Shown here piece after piece: positions 52,229 to 60,181 of a stretch of DNA of 64,000 nt. This DNA is from a virus. The notes beneath the pieces are model-generated. The model was not told where the DNA came from and searched no databases. It worked only from the letters and a program-made list of their open reading frames with translations. The number at the start of each line of letters is the position of its first letter. The first letter of the stretch is position 1. The position numbers and the translations under genes are program-made. The DNA lies in IMG/VR virus record IMGVR_UViG_3300045988_150172; one strand, written 5' to 3'.

Positions 52229-52262
52229 TCCTTGGATTTTTCTGAGGGGGTTGTTATATTTG
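52229..52262 (+). promoter_or_regulatory. Promoter/operator cassette copy P16 (degenerate)
   Basis: TCCTTGGATTTTTCTGAGG then TAtaTTTG (52255-52262), with ATG at 52283. Confidence 0.55.
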
Positions 52263-52282
52263 CATTTATAAAATGAAATGAT

Positions 52283-53731
52283 ATGTTAATAGAAAAATCA
52301 AGAAGTGGTGTTTATCAGGACACATCGGAAAATAGGCGTTTACACCGTGTCGGTCAGAAGTATGGTAAGGTAGCTCAGAAGGAGGAAGATTTTGAATCAT
52401 TTGCTGATAGGTACGAAAAAGAATATCGAAAGAAACATTCTGGCTCACCAGTTAAAAATTCTGAAATAAGGTACGAAGCATCAAAGGCATGGGATAAGAT
52501 GCATTCTTCAGAAAACCGTCGTTTACATCATGTAGGTCAGAAGTATGGTGGTGCAAAGAAAGATGAAGCAAAAGTTGATTACAAGGATGTAAAAAGTGTT
52601 GCTGATTTTTTACTAGATAAATTTAACATTTATTCTAAGACAGAAAATTATTCTGAAGTTTCTCCAACTTATCTAAAGTTGAATAAAGGTGTTGAAATCC
52701 GTTTTTCTCCTAAAAAAGAATCGGAAAGGGTAGGTAAAGTATTTTATTCTTCAAGTCAATTTGACAATGAACCTGTTTTTGTAACTATTCTTGCGTCGTT
52801 TGATAAATATCCTGAATTAAAGAAATTATTTGACAAGTTAAGTTCTACTAATCTTAAAGAAGCAACTGACGGTAAAACTGCTCAATGGGGGACTTGGAAG
52901 TTTGCAATTCGAAGCAAGGAAGATTTGAAAAAATTTGGTGAAATTTATAATCAAGTTTTCAACAAGAAAAAGGCTGTTTTAGAGTCAGGTGTGAAGAAAG
53001 GTGAAATGAAACAGGTTGAGAAAGTTTCTTCAAAAGTTGAAGAACAGCCTGTTAAGGAAAATGCTGAGAAGCAGGACAAACAGATTTCACGTGTTACTTT
53101 TGCAGACGTTCCACGTTCCAGGGAAGTGAACCTGAAGAAGTACCTTACTGATTCAAGGCGTAAGCAAGTTGATCATTTGATGAAAGCAGCGGAGGTTATG
53201 CCGAAAAGCACTGTAAAACAGATGCATGATGCAGCTGTTAAGAAGTTCAATGACAATTTTGATAACCTGAAGAAATCTGAACGTGCATCAGCTCTCTATG
53301 TTATTATGAAGTATAAGGACTTTATGAATAAGGCGAAGTCTTCACCTGATAGGAATAAGGTAGCGCGTGAGGATATAGTCAAAAGAATGTCTGATGCTAA
53401 AGTGTCATTTGGTTCTATAGAGCAGATTCTTAGGGAGGGTGCTGAAAAGAAGAGTGGTGATTCAGGAGCAGTAAAGGGTGATATTGAAGTTGACTTGTCT
53501 GGTTCCTATAATGATCATGCTTGGAAATCTTCTGGTCGCAGTAAGCCGAAGAAGACGTATCAGTTGATACTTCATACGGATGCTGATGCAGGTGCATTTA
53601 ATAGAGGAACGTTGACAAGGGATCAGATTAAGGGTGTTACGCTTGTTGAATCCAATCCATGGGAGGGTTTCTATGTTAAGATTAAGGATATGGATCTTGA
53701 TGATTTGCCTGTTCGTGCGGATAGAAAGTAA
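52283..53731 (+). CDS. Modular protein (482 aa) with two NRRLH(R/H)VGQKYG peptides
   Basis: MLIEKSRSGVYQDTSENRRLHRVGQKYG (52283-52366) and SSENRRLHHVGQKYG (52505-52549). VNLKKYLTDSRRKQVD is shared with 10995..12065. C-terminal KTYQLILHTDADAGAFNRGTLTRDQIKGVTLVE. Confidence 0.7.
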   Translation: MLIEKSRSGVYQDTSENRRLHRVGQKYGKVAQKEEDFESFADRYEKEYRKKHSGSPVKNSEIRYEASKAWDKMHSSENRRLHHVGQKYGGAKKDEAKVDYKDVKSVADFLLDKFNIYSKTENYSEVSPTYLKLNKGVEIRFSPKKESERVGKVFYSSSQFDNEPVFVTILASFDKYPELKKLFDKLSSTNLKEATDGKTAQWGTWKFAIRSKEDLKKFGEIYNQVFNKKKAVLESGVKKGEMKQVEKVSSKVEEQPVKENAEKQDKQISRVTFADVPRSREVNLKKYLTDSRRKQVDHLMKAAEVMPKSTVKQMHDAAVKKFNDNFDNLKKSERASALYVIMKYKDFMNKAKSSPDRNKVAREDIVKRMSDAKVSFGSIEQILREGAEKKSGDSGAVKGDIEVDLSGSYNDHAWKSSGRSKPKKTYQLILHTDADAGAFNRGTLTRDQIKGVTLVESNPWEGFYVKIKDMDLDDLPVRADRK

Positions 53732-53778
53732 TGGAGTGTTTGCTTGATATTAAATGGCTGTTTTAGTTTTAATATGAT

Positions 53779-53786
53779 TATATTTG
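53779..53786 (+). promoter_or_regulatory. Candidate -7 promoter element
   Basis: TAtaTTTG lies 36 nt before the ATG at 53823. The AATGATTAAAAT leader resembles the cassette leader. Confidence 0.45.
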
Positions 53787-53822
53787 CTCTGTAGTTGGTG
53801 AATGATTAAAATTATATAAGAG

Positions 53823-54512
53823 ATGAAAAAGTATATTTACACAAAGGGGAGTGAGTCGGTTATTGTTGAGACTGATGGTCTTGGCAAAATTGATAATTTC
53901 ATTATAACAGGTGTTATTGGTGAAAACTATGGTAGTCTGGTGCAGGCTGGGTTCTGCTTTAAGATGGGTGATACCGTTTCTATCGCTTCCATGCTGAATA
54001 TGGCTAAACTTTGCAAGGCAAGAGTTGAATGTTTTGAAGGAAATACTCTTGTTGTCAATGAGAGTGTTGACTATACGGAGGGTGAGGTTGCACTTGCTGG
54101 TACGATAGAGGGCTTGAATCTTTCCATTGTTAGGGATAAGGCATCCTATGAAGCAAACATGTTCCCTGAATATGTTAAGAAGTATCCTTATGAGGAGGGT
54201 GTTACCAATGTTAATTTTCCGTGGCTTGTAGCTAGGTTTAAGAAAGTAACTGAGAAGGATGACAGCACCTATGAGGTTCAGGTCTTGGCTGATGACAGGG
54301 TTCTTGATTTTGTCGGTACAAGTGCTAATCTTGGTAAGGTTTCTGAAGACAAGAAGACACTTACATGTAAGGCAAAGAACGGTCTGTCTTGGGAAGTAAT
54401 TAAGGATCTTGGTATTGTCAATCCTAAGGATGTAACTTGGTTTACCATTCGTATAACTTATAGCGGTGTTCTTTACGAAGCAAAGCTTTATGTAACTCCG
54501 GATACAATCTAA
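53823..54512 (+). CDS. Hypothetical protein (229 aa) upstream of portal
   Basis: Track ORF. The minus-strand ORF 53778..54542 is treated as its shadow. Confidence 0.6.
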   Translation: MKKYIYTKGSESVIVETDGLGKIDNFIITGVIGENYGSLVQAGFCFKMGDTVSIASMLNMAKLCKARVECFEGNTLVVNESVDYTEGEVALAGTIEGLNLSIVRDKASYEANMFPEYVKKYPYEEGVTNVNFPWLVARFKKVTEKDDSTYEVQVLADDRVLDFVGTSANLGKVSEDKKTLTCKAKNGLSWEVIKDLGIVNPKDVTWFTIRITYSGVLYEAKLYVTPDTI

Positions 54513-54524
54513 AATCTTCCATCT

Positions 54525-56243
54525 ATGAGTAGGAAGAAACACTTCATAAAAGGTCAGATGGGGGCTGGTTTGTCAGCTCCCATAGACCGTTTAGATGGGA
54601 TGTCCATTCAGGAATTGAGCTTGATGTCACAGGCTGCACCTCTTGCTCTCCAGAATAGACTGGAAAAGGCTCTTAGATCAGAAAATGTTGAAGAGGTGTT
54701 AAAGGCACAGGCGTTCATTGCACAGCAGGAGAAGAATGGTAAGGCTGTTAAGCCGGACATCAAATCCATCCTATGGAACCCCTCTGAAATTGGTTTTAAT
54801 GGTCGTGGATATCGTGATCCTAATAACGGCATACCGTTTACCACACTTCAGCGAATGGGTGATATCTATATCATTAAATCCATAATCAACACACGTATTG
54901 AGCAGATTCAGAATTTCTTAAGGTATAGTGATGACGACCAGAAGCCTGGATTTCAGCTTCGCTACAAGCGAGTTGTCGGTGGTGACATTAAGGAAGTATC
55001 CAAGAAGGACATGAAAGTGGTTGAGGGGCTTGTGCGTTTTCTTGAGGACGGTGGTGAGAATGATAAATGGTCTTCAGAGGATAATTTTCAGGACTTTACT
55101 CGTAAGGTCATTAAGGATTCCCTGTGTCTTGATCAGATGTGCTTTGAGGTTGTTCGCAGTCGTAATATGAAAGTGAACAAGTTTAGAGCAGTTGATGCCG
55201 CCTTAATACGACAGCTTGATACTGATGATCCACGCTATGCAAGTATGTTTGAACAGTACAGGTGGCACGGTTATCTTCCTCGTTATGCGATGGTCTGGGA
55301 TGGCCAGATTATTCGTAACCCAGCTACTGATGAGCTTGTTGTCTATTATCCATGGGAACTTGGCTACGGCATACGTAACAAGACGACCAATGTATTCAGG
55401 AACGGCTACGGCTGTTCAGAGCTGGAGACTCTTATAGAAGTTGTGACGTGGATACTGTGGGGTATGCAGTATAACGGTAATTTCTTTAAGCAGGGGTCAC
55501 AGCCAAAGGGATTCATCAATGTTAAGAATTCCAACATTGATCAAGGTACGTTGAATGAGTTCCGTCAGGACTGGAAACAGACAATGTCCAGTGTCTATAA
55601 TGCCCACAAGATTCCTGTGATACAGGGTATTGATCTTGAGTGGATAGACTTGCAGCAGTCCAATAAGGACATGGAATTTACGGAGTGGATCAAGTTTTTG
55701 TTTGTTGTGACGTGTGCTGTCTATCGTATTGATCCGTCAGAACTGGGCTTTCAGTTTCAGGATGCCGCAAGGGTGTTTGGACAGGACGGCCAGAAGGAAC
55801 GTCTTGATCATTCGCAGAAAAAGGGGCTGTTCCCGCTTCTTATCTTTTTCCAGAACATCATAAATAGATATGTTATATCTGAAATAGATGACCGCTTTGA
55901 ATTTGTGTTTACAGGCGTGGACATCAAGGATGAGTCCGCTCAGATAGAAATTGACAAGAAGAAGCTGGATGCAGGTGTTGTTTCTCTTGAGGACATGTTT
56001 CGTAAGTATTCAGGTAGGGAGCTTGACCCTGAAAAGGATACGATCCTTAATTCCATCTATCAGACGGCTCAGAGTAATAAGATGATGGGTGGTGAGGATA
56101 TGAACGGTGCTGTTGATGAGATGAACGGTGAGGGTGGAAATGGTGATTTTGACATTGCAGACATGCTGATGCAGAAATCTCAGGGAAACCCTATTCTTGG
56201 CAAGGCACTGGAATTTATTGACAATCAGTTATCGGCTAAATAA
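54525..56243 (+). CDS. Portal protein
   Basis: Size (572 aa) and position at the head of the morphogenesis module. NGYGCSELETLIEVVTWILWGMQYNGNFFKQGSQPKGFINV and YRIDPSELGF are typical of the portal core. Acidic C-terminus. Confidence 0.8.
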   Translation: MSRKKHFIKGQMGAGLSAPIDRLDGMSIQELSLMSQAAPLALQNRLEKALRSENVEEVLKAQAFIAQQEKNGKAVKPDIKSILWNPSEIGFNGRGYRDPNNGIPFTTLQRMGDIYIIKSIINTRIEQIQNFLRYSDDDQKPGFQLRYKRVVGGDIKEVSKKDMKVVEGLVRFLEDGGENDKWSSEDNFQDFTRKVIKDSLCLDQMCFEVVRSRNMKVNKFRAVDAALIRQLDTDDPRYASMFEQYRWHGYLPRYAMVWDGQIIRNPATDELVVYYPWELGYGIRNKTTNVFRNGYGCSELETLIEVVTWILWGMQYNGNFFKQGSQPKGFINVKNSNIDQGTLNEFRQDWKQTMSSVYNAHKIPVIQGIDLEWIDLQQSNKDMEFTEWIKFLFVVTCAVYRIDPSELGFQFQDAARVFGQDGQKERLDHSQKKGLFPLLIFFQNIINRYVISEIDDRFEFVFTGVDIKDESAQIEIDKKKLDAGVVSLEDMFRKYSGRELDPEKDTILNSIYQTAQSNKMMGGEDMNGAVDEMNGEGGNGDFDIADMLMQKSQGNPILGKALEFIDNQLSAK

Positions 56244-56413
56244 TGGCTTATAGAGAAAGAGTTCCAAGGGTGCAGAGGCATGTTGACCCTATGCGATATC
56301 CAGCAGTACAGGGGCGATATGAACGTGAAGCGATGAAGAGCTTTGCGCCTGTGGAGCTGTTTGGTAACATTGTTGAAACGATGACGAAGATAGTTAAGGA
56401 AAAGAGGGGTTGA
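56243..56413 (+). CDS. Hypothetical small protein (56 aa)
   Basis: ATG overlaps the portal stop (TAATG), and its stop abuts the next ATG. Below the track cutoff. Confidence 0.4.
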   Translation: MAYRERVPRVQRHVDPMRYPAVQGRYEREAMKSFAPVELFGNIVETMTKIVKEKRG

Positions 56414-56414
56414 T

Positions 56415-57362
56415 ATGCTTTTTACGGATAAGGACATACAGCAGATTTTGAAGGAAGTGGACTTGTCCACGGCCAAACTGGTTGCTCGTGTTCTTGGTCG
56501 GAGCTTTTTAACCAAATATGACATTGGCCTCCTAAAGAAGCGTGGTGTTGACTTGGTTAAGCTGATACCGAAGTTTCCAGTACATTATCAGTCCTTTCTG
56601 TTTGGTCGGCTTTCGGCCGCACTGGGCGATTCTGTTACGAGAACGATGGCTTATTCTGACCTGTTGCAGTTTCTCCCTAAAATGGGGGATTTTGTCCCGA
56701 CTGCGATGGAACTGTCCTTCTATGATGTGGCAGCGAACAAGACATACACTCATATAAAGGGGTTTGGGGATAGGTTGAAGAATGACGTGCAGAATGCTAT
56801 TTCCGCAGAGGAGATGTCCTATATTCAGACTGAACAGGCTGCAAAGGCCAATAAGGTTATTCATGATGAAATTTTGAATGGCACTGTTCAAAAGAGAACT
56901 GTTCAGAAGATAGCTTCCAACATAGCACATCAAATGGATGACTGGAATAGGGACTGGGGTCGTATTGTGGAAACGGAGTGTCAGGATGTGTTTAATCTTG
57001 GTAGAGCTCAGACATTCATACAGGACAGCACTGACCCCAAGGTTTTCTTTCAGGTGTATCCTGGAGCCTGTAAACATTGTATTCGTCTCTACCTGACGCA
57101 CGGTGTAGGTTCACAGCCAAGACTGTTTAATCTTTCTGAACTGTTGGCAAACGGTACGAACTATGGTGTGAAGTCAAAGGAGTGGAAACCGACAGTGCAT
57201 CCAGTGCACCCATATTGCCGATGTCAGATAAACAGGCTTCCAGAGGGGTATGTGTGGAATGAGGAAAATCATAGGTTTGAACCTCCTAAGAATTATGTTC
57301 GTAAGGTTCAGCGCAAGAGTAAGGTTCACATTGATATAGGTGATAAACATTATGACATATAA
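56415..57362 (+). CDS. Head morphogenesis protein, Mu F / SPP1 gp7-like
   Basis: Lies immediately after the portal. GACKHCIRLY .. VHPVHPYCRCQI resembles the MuF C..C / HPNCRC signature. Confidence 0.65.
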   Translation: MLFTDKDIQQILKEVDLSTAKLVARVLGRSFLTKYDIGLLKKRGVDLVKLIPKFPVHYQSFLFGRLSAALGDSVTRTMAYSDLLQFLPKMGDFVPTAMELSFYDVAANKTYTHIKGFGDRLKNDVQNAISAEEMSYIQTEQAAKANKVIHDEILNGTVQKRTVQKIASNIAHQMDDWNRDWGRIVETECQDVFNLGRAQTFIQDSTDPKVFFQVYPGACKHCIRLYLTHGVGSQPRLFNLSELLANGTNYGVKSKEWKPTVHPVHPYCRCQINRLPEGYVWNEENHRFEPPKNYVRKVQRKSKVHIDIGDKHYDI

Positions 57363-58698
57363 AAATTGGATAACTATGAGATTTAAGAAATGGCTTGGGA
57401 TAATGACCCCACAGGAACAACTTGAGGAATATCATGATCTTAGAAAGAGACTTGCTGAAATTGAAAACGAGGGTAAGGAGCTTGCACATCAGTTTTCCAT
57501 TCAGAAATCCATTATGGATGGTCTAGATGAAAGTGTGCCTGACTCTAAGAGGGCAGAAGTCCTGGCTCGGCATACGGATTTTATGAAAAGCCACACGAAA
57601 AGGGTAACGTCCTGTGTCAATGAGCGTGAAAAGATTTTGAAAGGTATTGCCGTGCTTGTTGAAGAATGTCAGGCGGTGCGTGATGAAATTGAAAAAAGTC
57701 GTAAGATGGACGGCTTGCGCGAACTTCGTAGGGCTGGGAAGCTGGATGAGCATACATTCTTTAATCTTGTGAAGTCCGTTGATGGCAAGCCTGTAAGATA
57801 TGCGGACATGGTTGCTATGCGGGAGTCAGACGGTAAGATTCTTATTCTGCATCGCGTTGATGATGAAATGTGCCCTACTGGGGAAGTGTGCATTCCTGGA
57901 GGTCATGTTGAGCCTGATGAGGATTTCAAGACAGCGGCCTTGCGTGAGTTTAAGGAGGAAACCAACTTGGATCCTATTGTTTCTAGAGGTATTAGGTATC
58001 TTGGTGAACATAAGGACGAGAATGCACACATTCAGTATTATCAGGTGTACGTGGATGGTGGACAGCCTGTTACTGTGGATGCGACAGAGGAGTGTTTTTC
58101 TGAATGGATTGATATAAGTGAAATTCCGTTGAAGAATTTTATTTTTGATCAGGGTAAGATTGTCCTGAATCTTATGGACAGGGTATATAGAATGGATTCT
58201 GTCGAGCCGCTTGATACTATGGTTAAGGCTGTTCAGGATGGGCGCATGTCAGTGGAGTGCTTTAAGGAGATATGCTCTGATATCGTTAAGAAAGCCCTGT
58301 CCACGGAAAATGCTTCACCTCTTATGCCTGAAAGTATGGAGGGTGATGTAAAGAAACTTACCATGCCTGTTCGTGATCCTATGTGTGGTGTGGAAACATT
58401 GCTGAAAGGTTTTGATGGTGTTGATGAGGTGCTTGTGAATGGTACTGAGACAATTAAGTTTGCAAAGCCGCTTTTTATTCGTAGTGTTTCCTATAATGAA
58501 AATCCTGAGACAAATAGGCTGGTTCAGTGTGAAGTTTCTTATATCGGTGAGGATTCTGATATGGGTAAATTGATTGATGTTTTGCGAAATAATCTTAGGA
58601 ATGGTTCTGTGAATTTTAGAATCAAAGAGGAAGAATTTACATCTGTAAATGAGAATGGTACAGATTATGTCGGTGATCCCATTTTTGCGGTTATGTAA
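57352..58698 (+). CDS. Nudix-hydrolase-domain protein within the head module
   Basis: Nudix box GGHVEPDEDFKTAALREFKEETNL (57898-57969) fits GX5EX7REUXEEXGU. The track start at 57340 is GTG, so ATG 57352 is preferred. Confidence 0.75.
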   Translation: MTYKNWITMRFKKWLGIMTPQEQLEEYHDLRKRLAEIENEGKELAHQFSIQKSIMDGLDESVPDSKRAEVLARHTDFMKSHTKRVTSCVNEREKILKGIAVLVEECQAVRDEIEKSRKMDGLRELRRAGKLDEHTFFNLVKSVDGKPVRYADMVAMRESDGKILILHRVDDEMCPTGEVCIPGGHVEPDEDFKTAALREFKEETNLDPIVSRGIRYLGEHKDENAHIQYYQVYVDGGQPVTVDATEECFSEWIDISEIPLKNFIFDQGKIVLNLMDRVYRMDSVEPLDTMVKAVQDGRMSVECFKEICSDIVKKALSTENASPLMPESMEGDVKKLTMPVRDPMCGVETLLKGFDGVDEVLVNGTETIKFAKPLFIRSVSYNENPETNRLVQCEVSYIGEDSDMGKLIDVLRNNLRNGSVNFRIKEEEFTSVNENGTDYVGDPIFAVM

Positions 58699-58738
58699 GT
58701 TTCTGATTATTTTTGTCCATAATTATAGTTTTATGTGA

Positions 58739-59401
58739 ATGAGTGGCGTGAATGACTTTAATTTCTTTCTTCCAGCTGATCTTGTAAAGGCTGAAGATTC
58801 AACAAGGTATCCTCGTGGCGACGAAAGACGTTACGAGAATATGGTGTTTGAAGGAATTGCTAGTGATAACAGTAAGGACTATGAGGGGGAGAGTATGGAG
58901 CCAAAGGGTTTTGATTTGAGTCATTTTTTGAAGCATGGCTTGCTAAATCTTGACCACCTTACAATTAGGGCGAAGGAACTTAAATCTAGATTTTGGATCG
59001 GTGAGCCACTGGAAGCCAAGGTTGTTGACAATAAGCTCTGGGTCAAAGGTAAGCTCTGGAAAGACAGTCCTGAAGCAAGGGCATTCTGGGATAAGTGTAT
59101 TGAGATGGCTGAAAGCGGTTCAACACGCAAGCCAGGAATGTCCATAGAAGGACGCGCCTTGGAACGTGACCCAAAGAACCCCAAGCACATTTTGAAGGCT
59201 ATTATCAATAACATAGCAATGACGTTTACACCTGTGAACTTTAATTCCTATATTGAAATTGCAAAAGGTATTCAATCACAGGATTTTTATCCTACAGACG
59301 GTTCAATTGATGTTAGTGATGATGTAATGTTGGAAGTTGTGCGTGGTGGTAGGAAGTTTATTATAAAATCGGATTTTACTACTTTGGAAGAGAGCATTTA
59401 A
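58739..59401 (+). CDS. Prohead serine protease (HK97-type)
   Basis: FEGIASDNSKDYEGESMEPKGF .. LLNLDHL .. IGEPLEAKVVDNKLWVKGKL .. KPGMSIEG follows the G.AS..D..GE.....F / H / S.G pattern of caudoviral prohead proteases. Confidence 0.7.
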   Translation: MSGVNDFNFFLPADLVKAEDSTRYPRGDERRYENMVFEGIASDNSKDYEGESMEPKGFDLSHFLKHGLLNLDHLTIRAKELKSRFWIGEPLEAKVVDNKLWVKGKLWKDSPEARAFWDKCIEMAESGSTRKPGMSIEGRALERDPKNPKHILKAIINNIAMTFTPVNFNSYIEIAKGIQSQDFYPTDGSIDVSDDVMLEVVRGGRKFIIKSDFTTLEESI

Positions 59402-59445
59402 TGGCTGTGATTCCAGCAAAATGTAAACAATAAAATTTTTAGATT

Positions 59446-60144
59446 ATGTTAAGATTAACTGAAAACCAGAAAAACGATGAGCTCGTAAAGTCACTGTTGG
59501 ATAGTGGCTTTTCTGAAGAGACTATTGCTGGCTGGATTAACTCTGGTGACATTACCCTGAAGTCTGATGACCCAGAGGGTGATGGCGATCCTGAAGAGGG
59601 TGGTGAAGATGACAAGAAGAAGTCAGAGGGTTGTGATGGTGATGGTAAAGAGGGTGAGGGTGCTGATCCAGAACCACCTATTGCTAAAAGCTTTGACGGT
59701 GAAGAATTGATGAAGAGTCTTGCTTCTGTACTTGATGAGCGTGATGATCTTTTGAAATCTATGGTAGCTGATTCCTTTAAGGATGTTCTTGTAAAGGTTG
59801 ACGGTCTTGCGAAGTCCATTGACAGTCTTGTTGCTAAGATTGATGCAATTGGAAATCAAGCCCCAGCATTTAAGTCAGCAGGATTGAATCGTGCTATTCT
59901 TGAGAAGTCTATTGGGGGTGGTGTGAAGGACGATAACGATAAGACTGTTCTCAGTGTTAGCCGTGATCGTGCAGTTGTTAGAGCACTGATTGAAAAGGCT
60001 ATTGATGAGGAAAAGGATGAAGCTATCCAGAAATCTCTTCGTGACGAGACCTTGAATTACCTCATTGATCCTGTGGGTGGTGCTATTGGTGAGACTGCTG
60101 CACGCTACATGTATAACAACAAAAATGTTCGTCTTGTAAAATAA
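59446..60144 (+). CDS. Scaffolding protein candidate
   Basis: Lies between protease and capsid genes. Acidic low-complexity DDPEGDGDPEEGGEDD tract and helical remainder. Confidence 0.5.
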   Translation: MLRLTENQKNDELVKSLLDSGFSEETIAGWINSGDITLKSDDPEGDGDPEEGGEDDKKKSEGCDGDGKEGEGADPEPPIAKSFDGEELMKSLASVLDERDDLLKSMVADSFKDVLVKVDGLAKSIDSLVAKIDAIGNQAPAFKSAGLNRAILEKSIGGGVKDDNDKTVLSVSRDRAVVRALIEKAIDEEKDEAIQKSLRDETLNYLIDPVGGAIGETAARYMYNNKNVRLVK

Positions 60145-60181
60145 TTCTACAGTTATAAACTACTTAATTTTATAGTTCATT

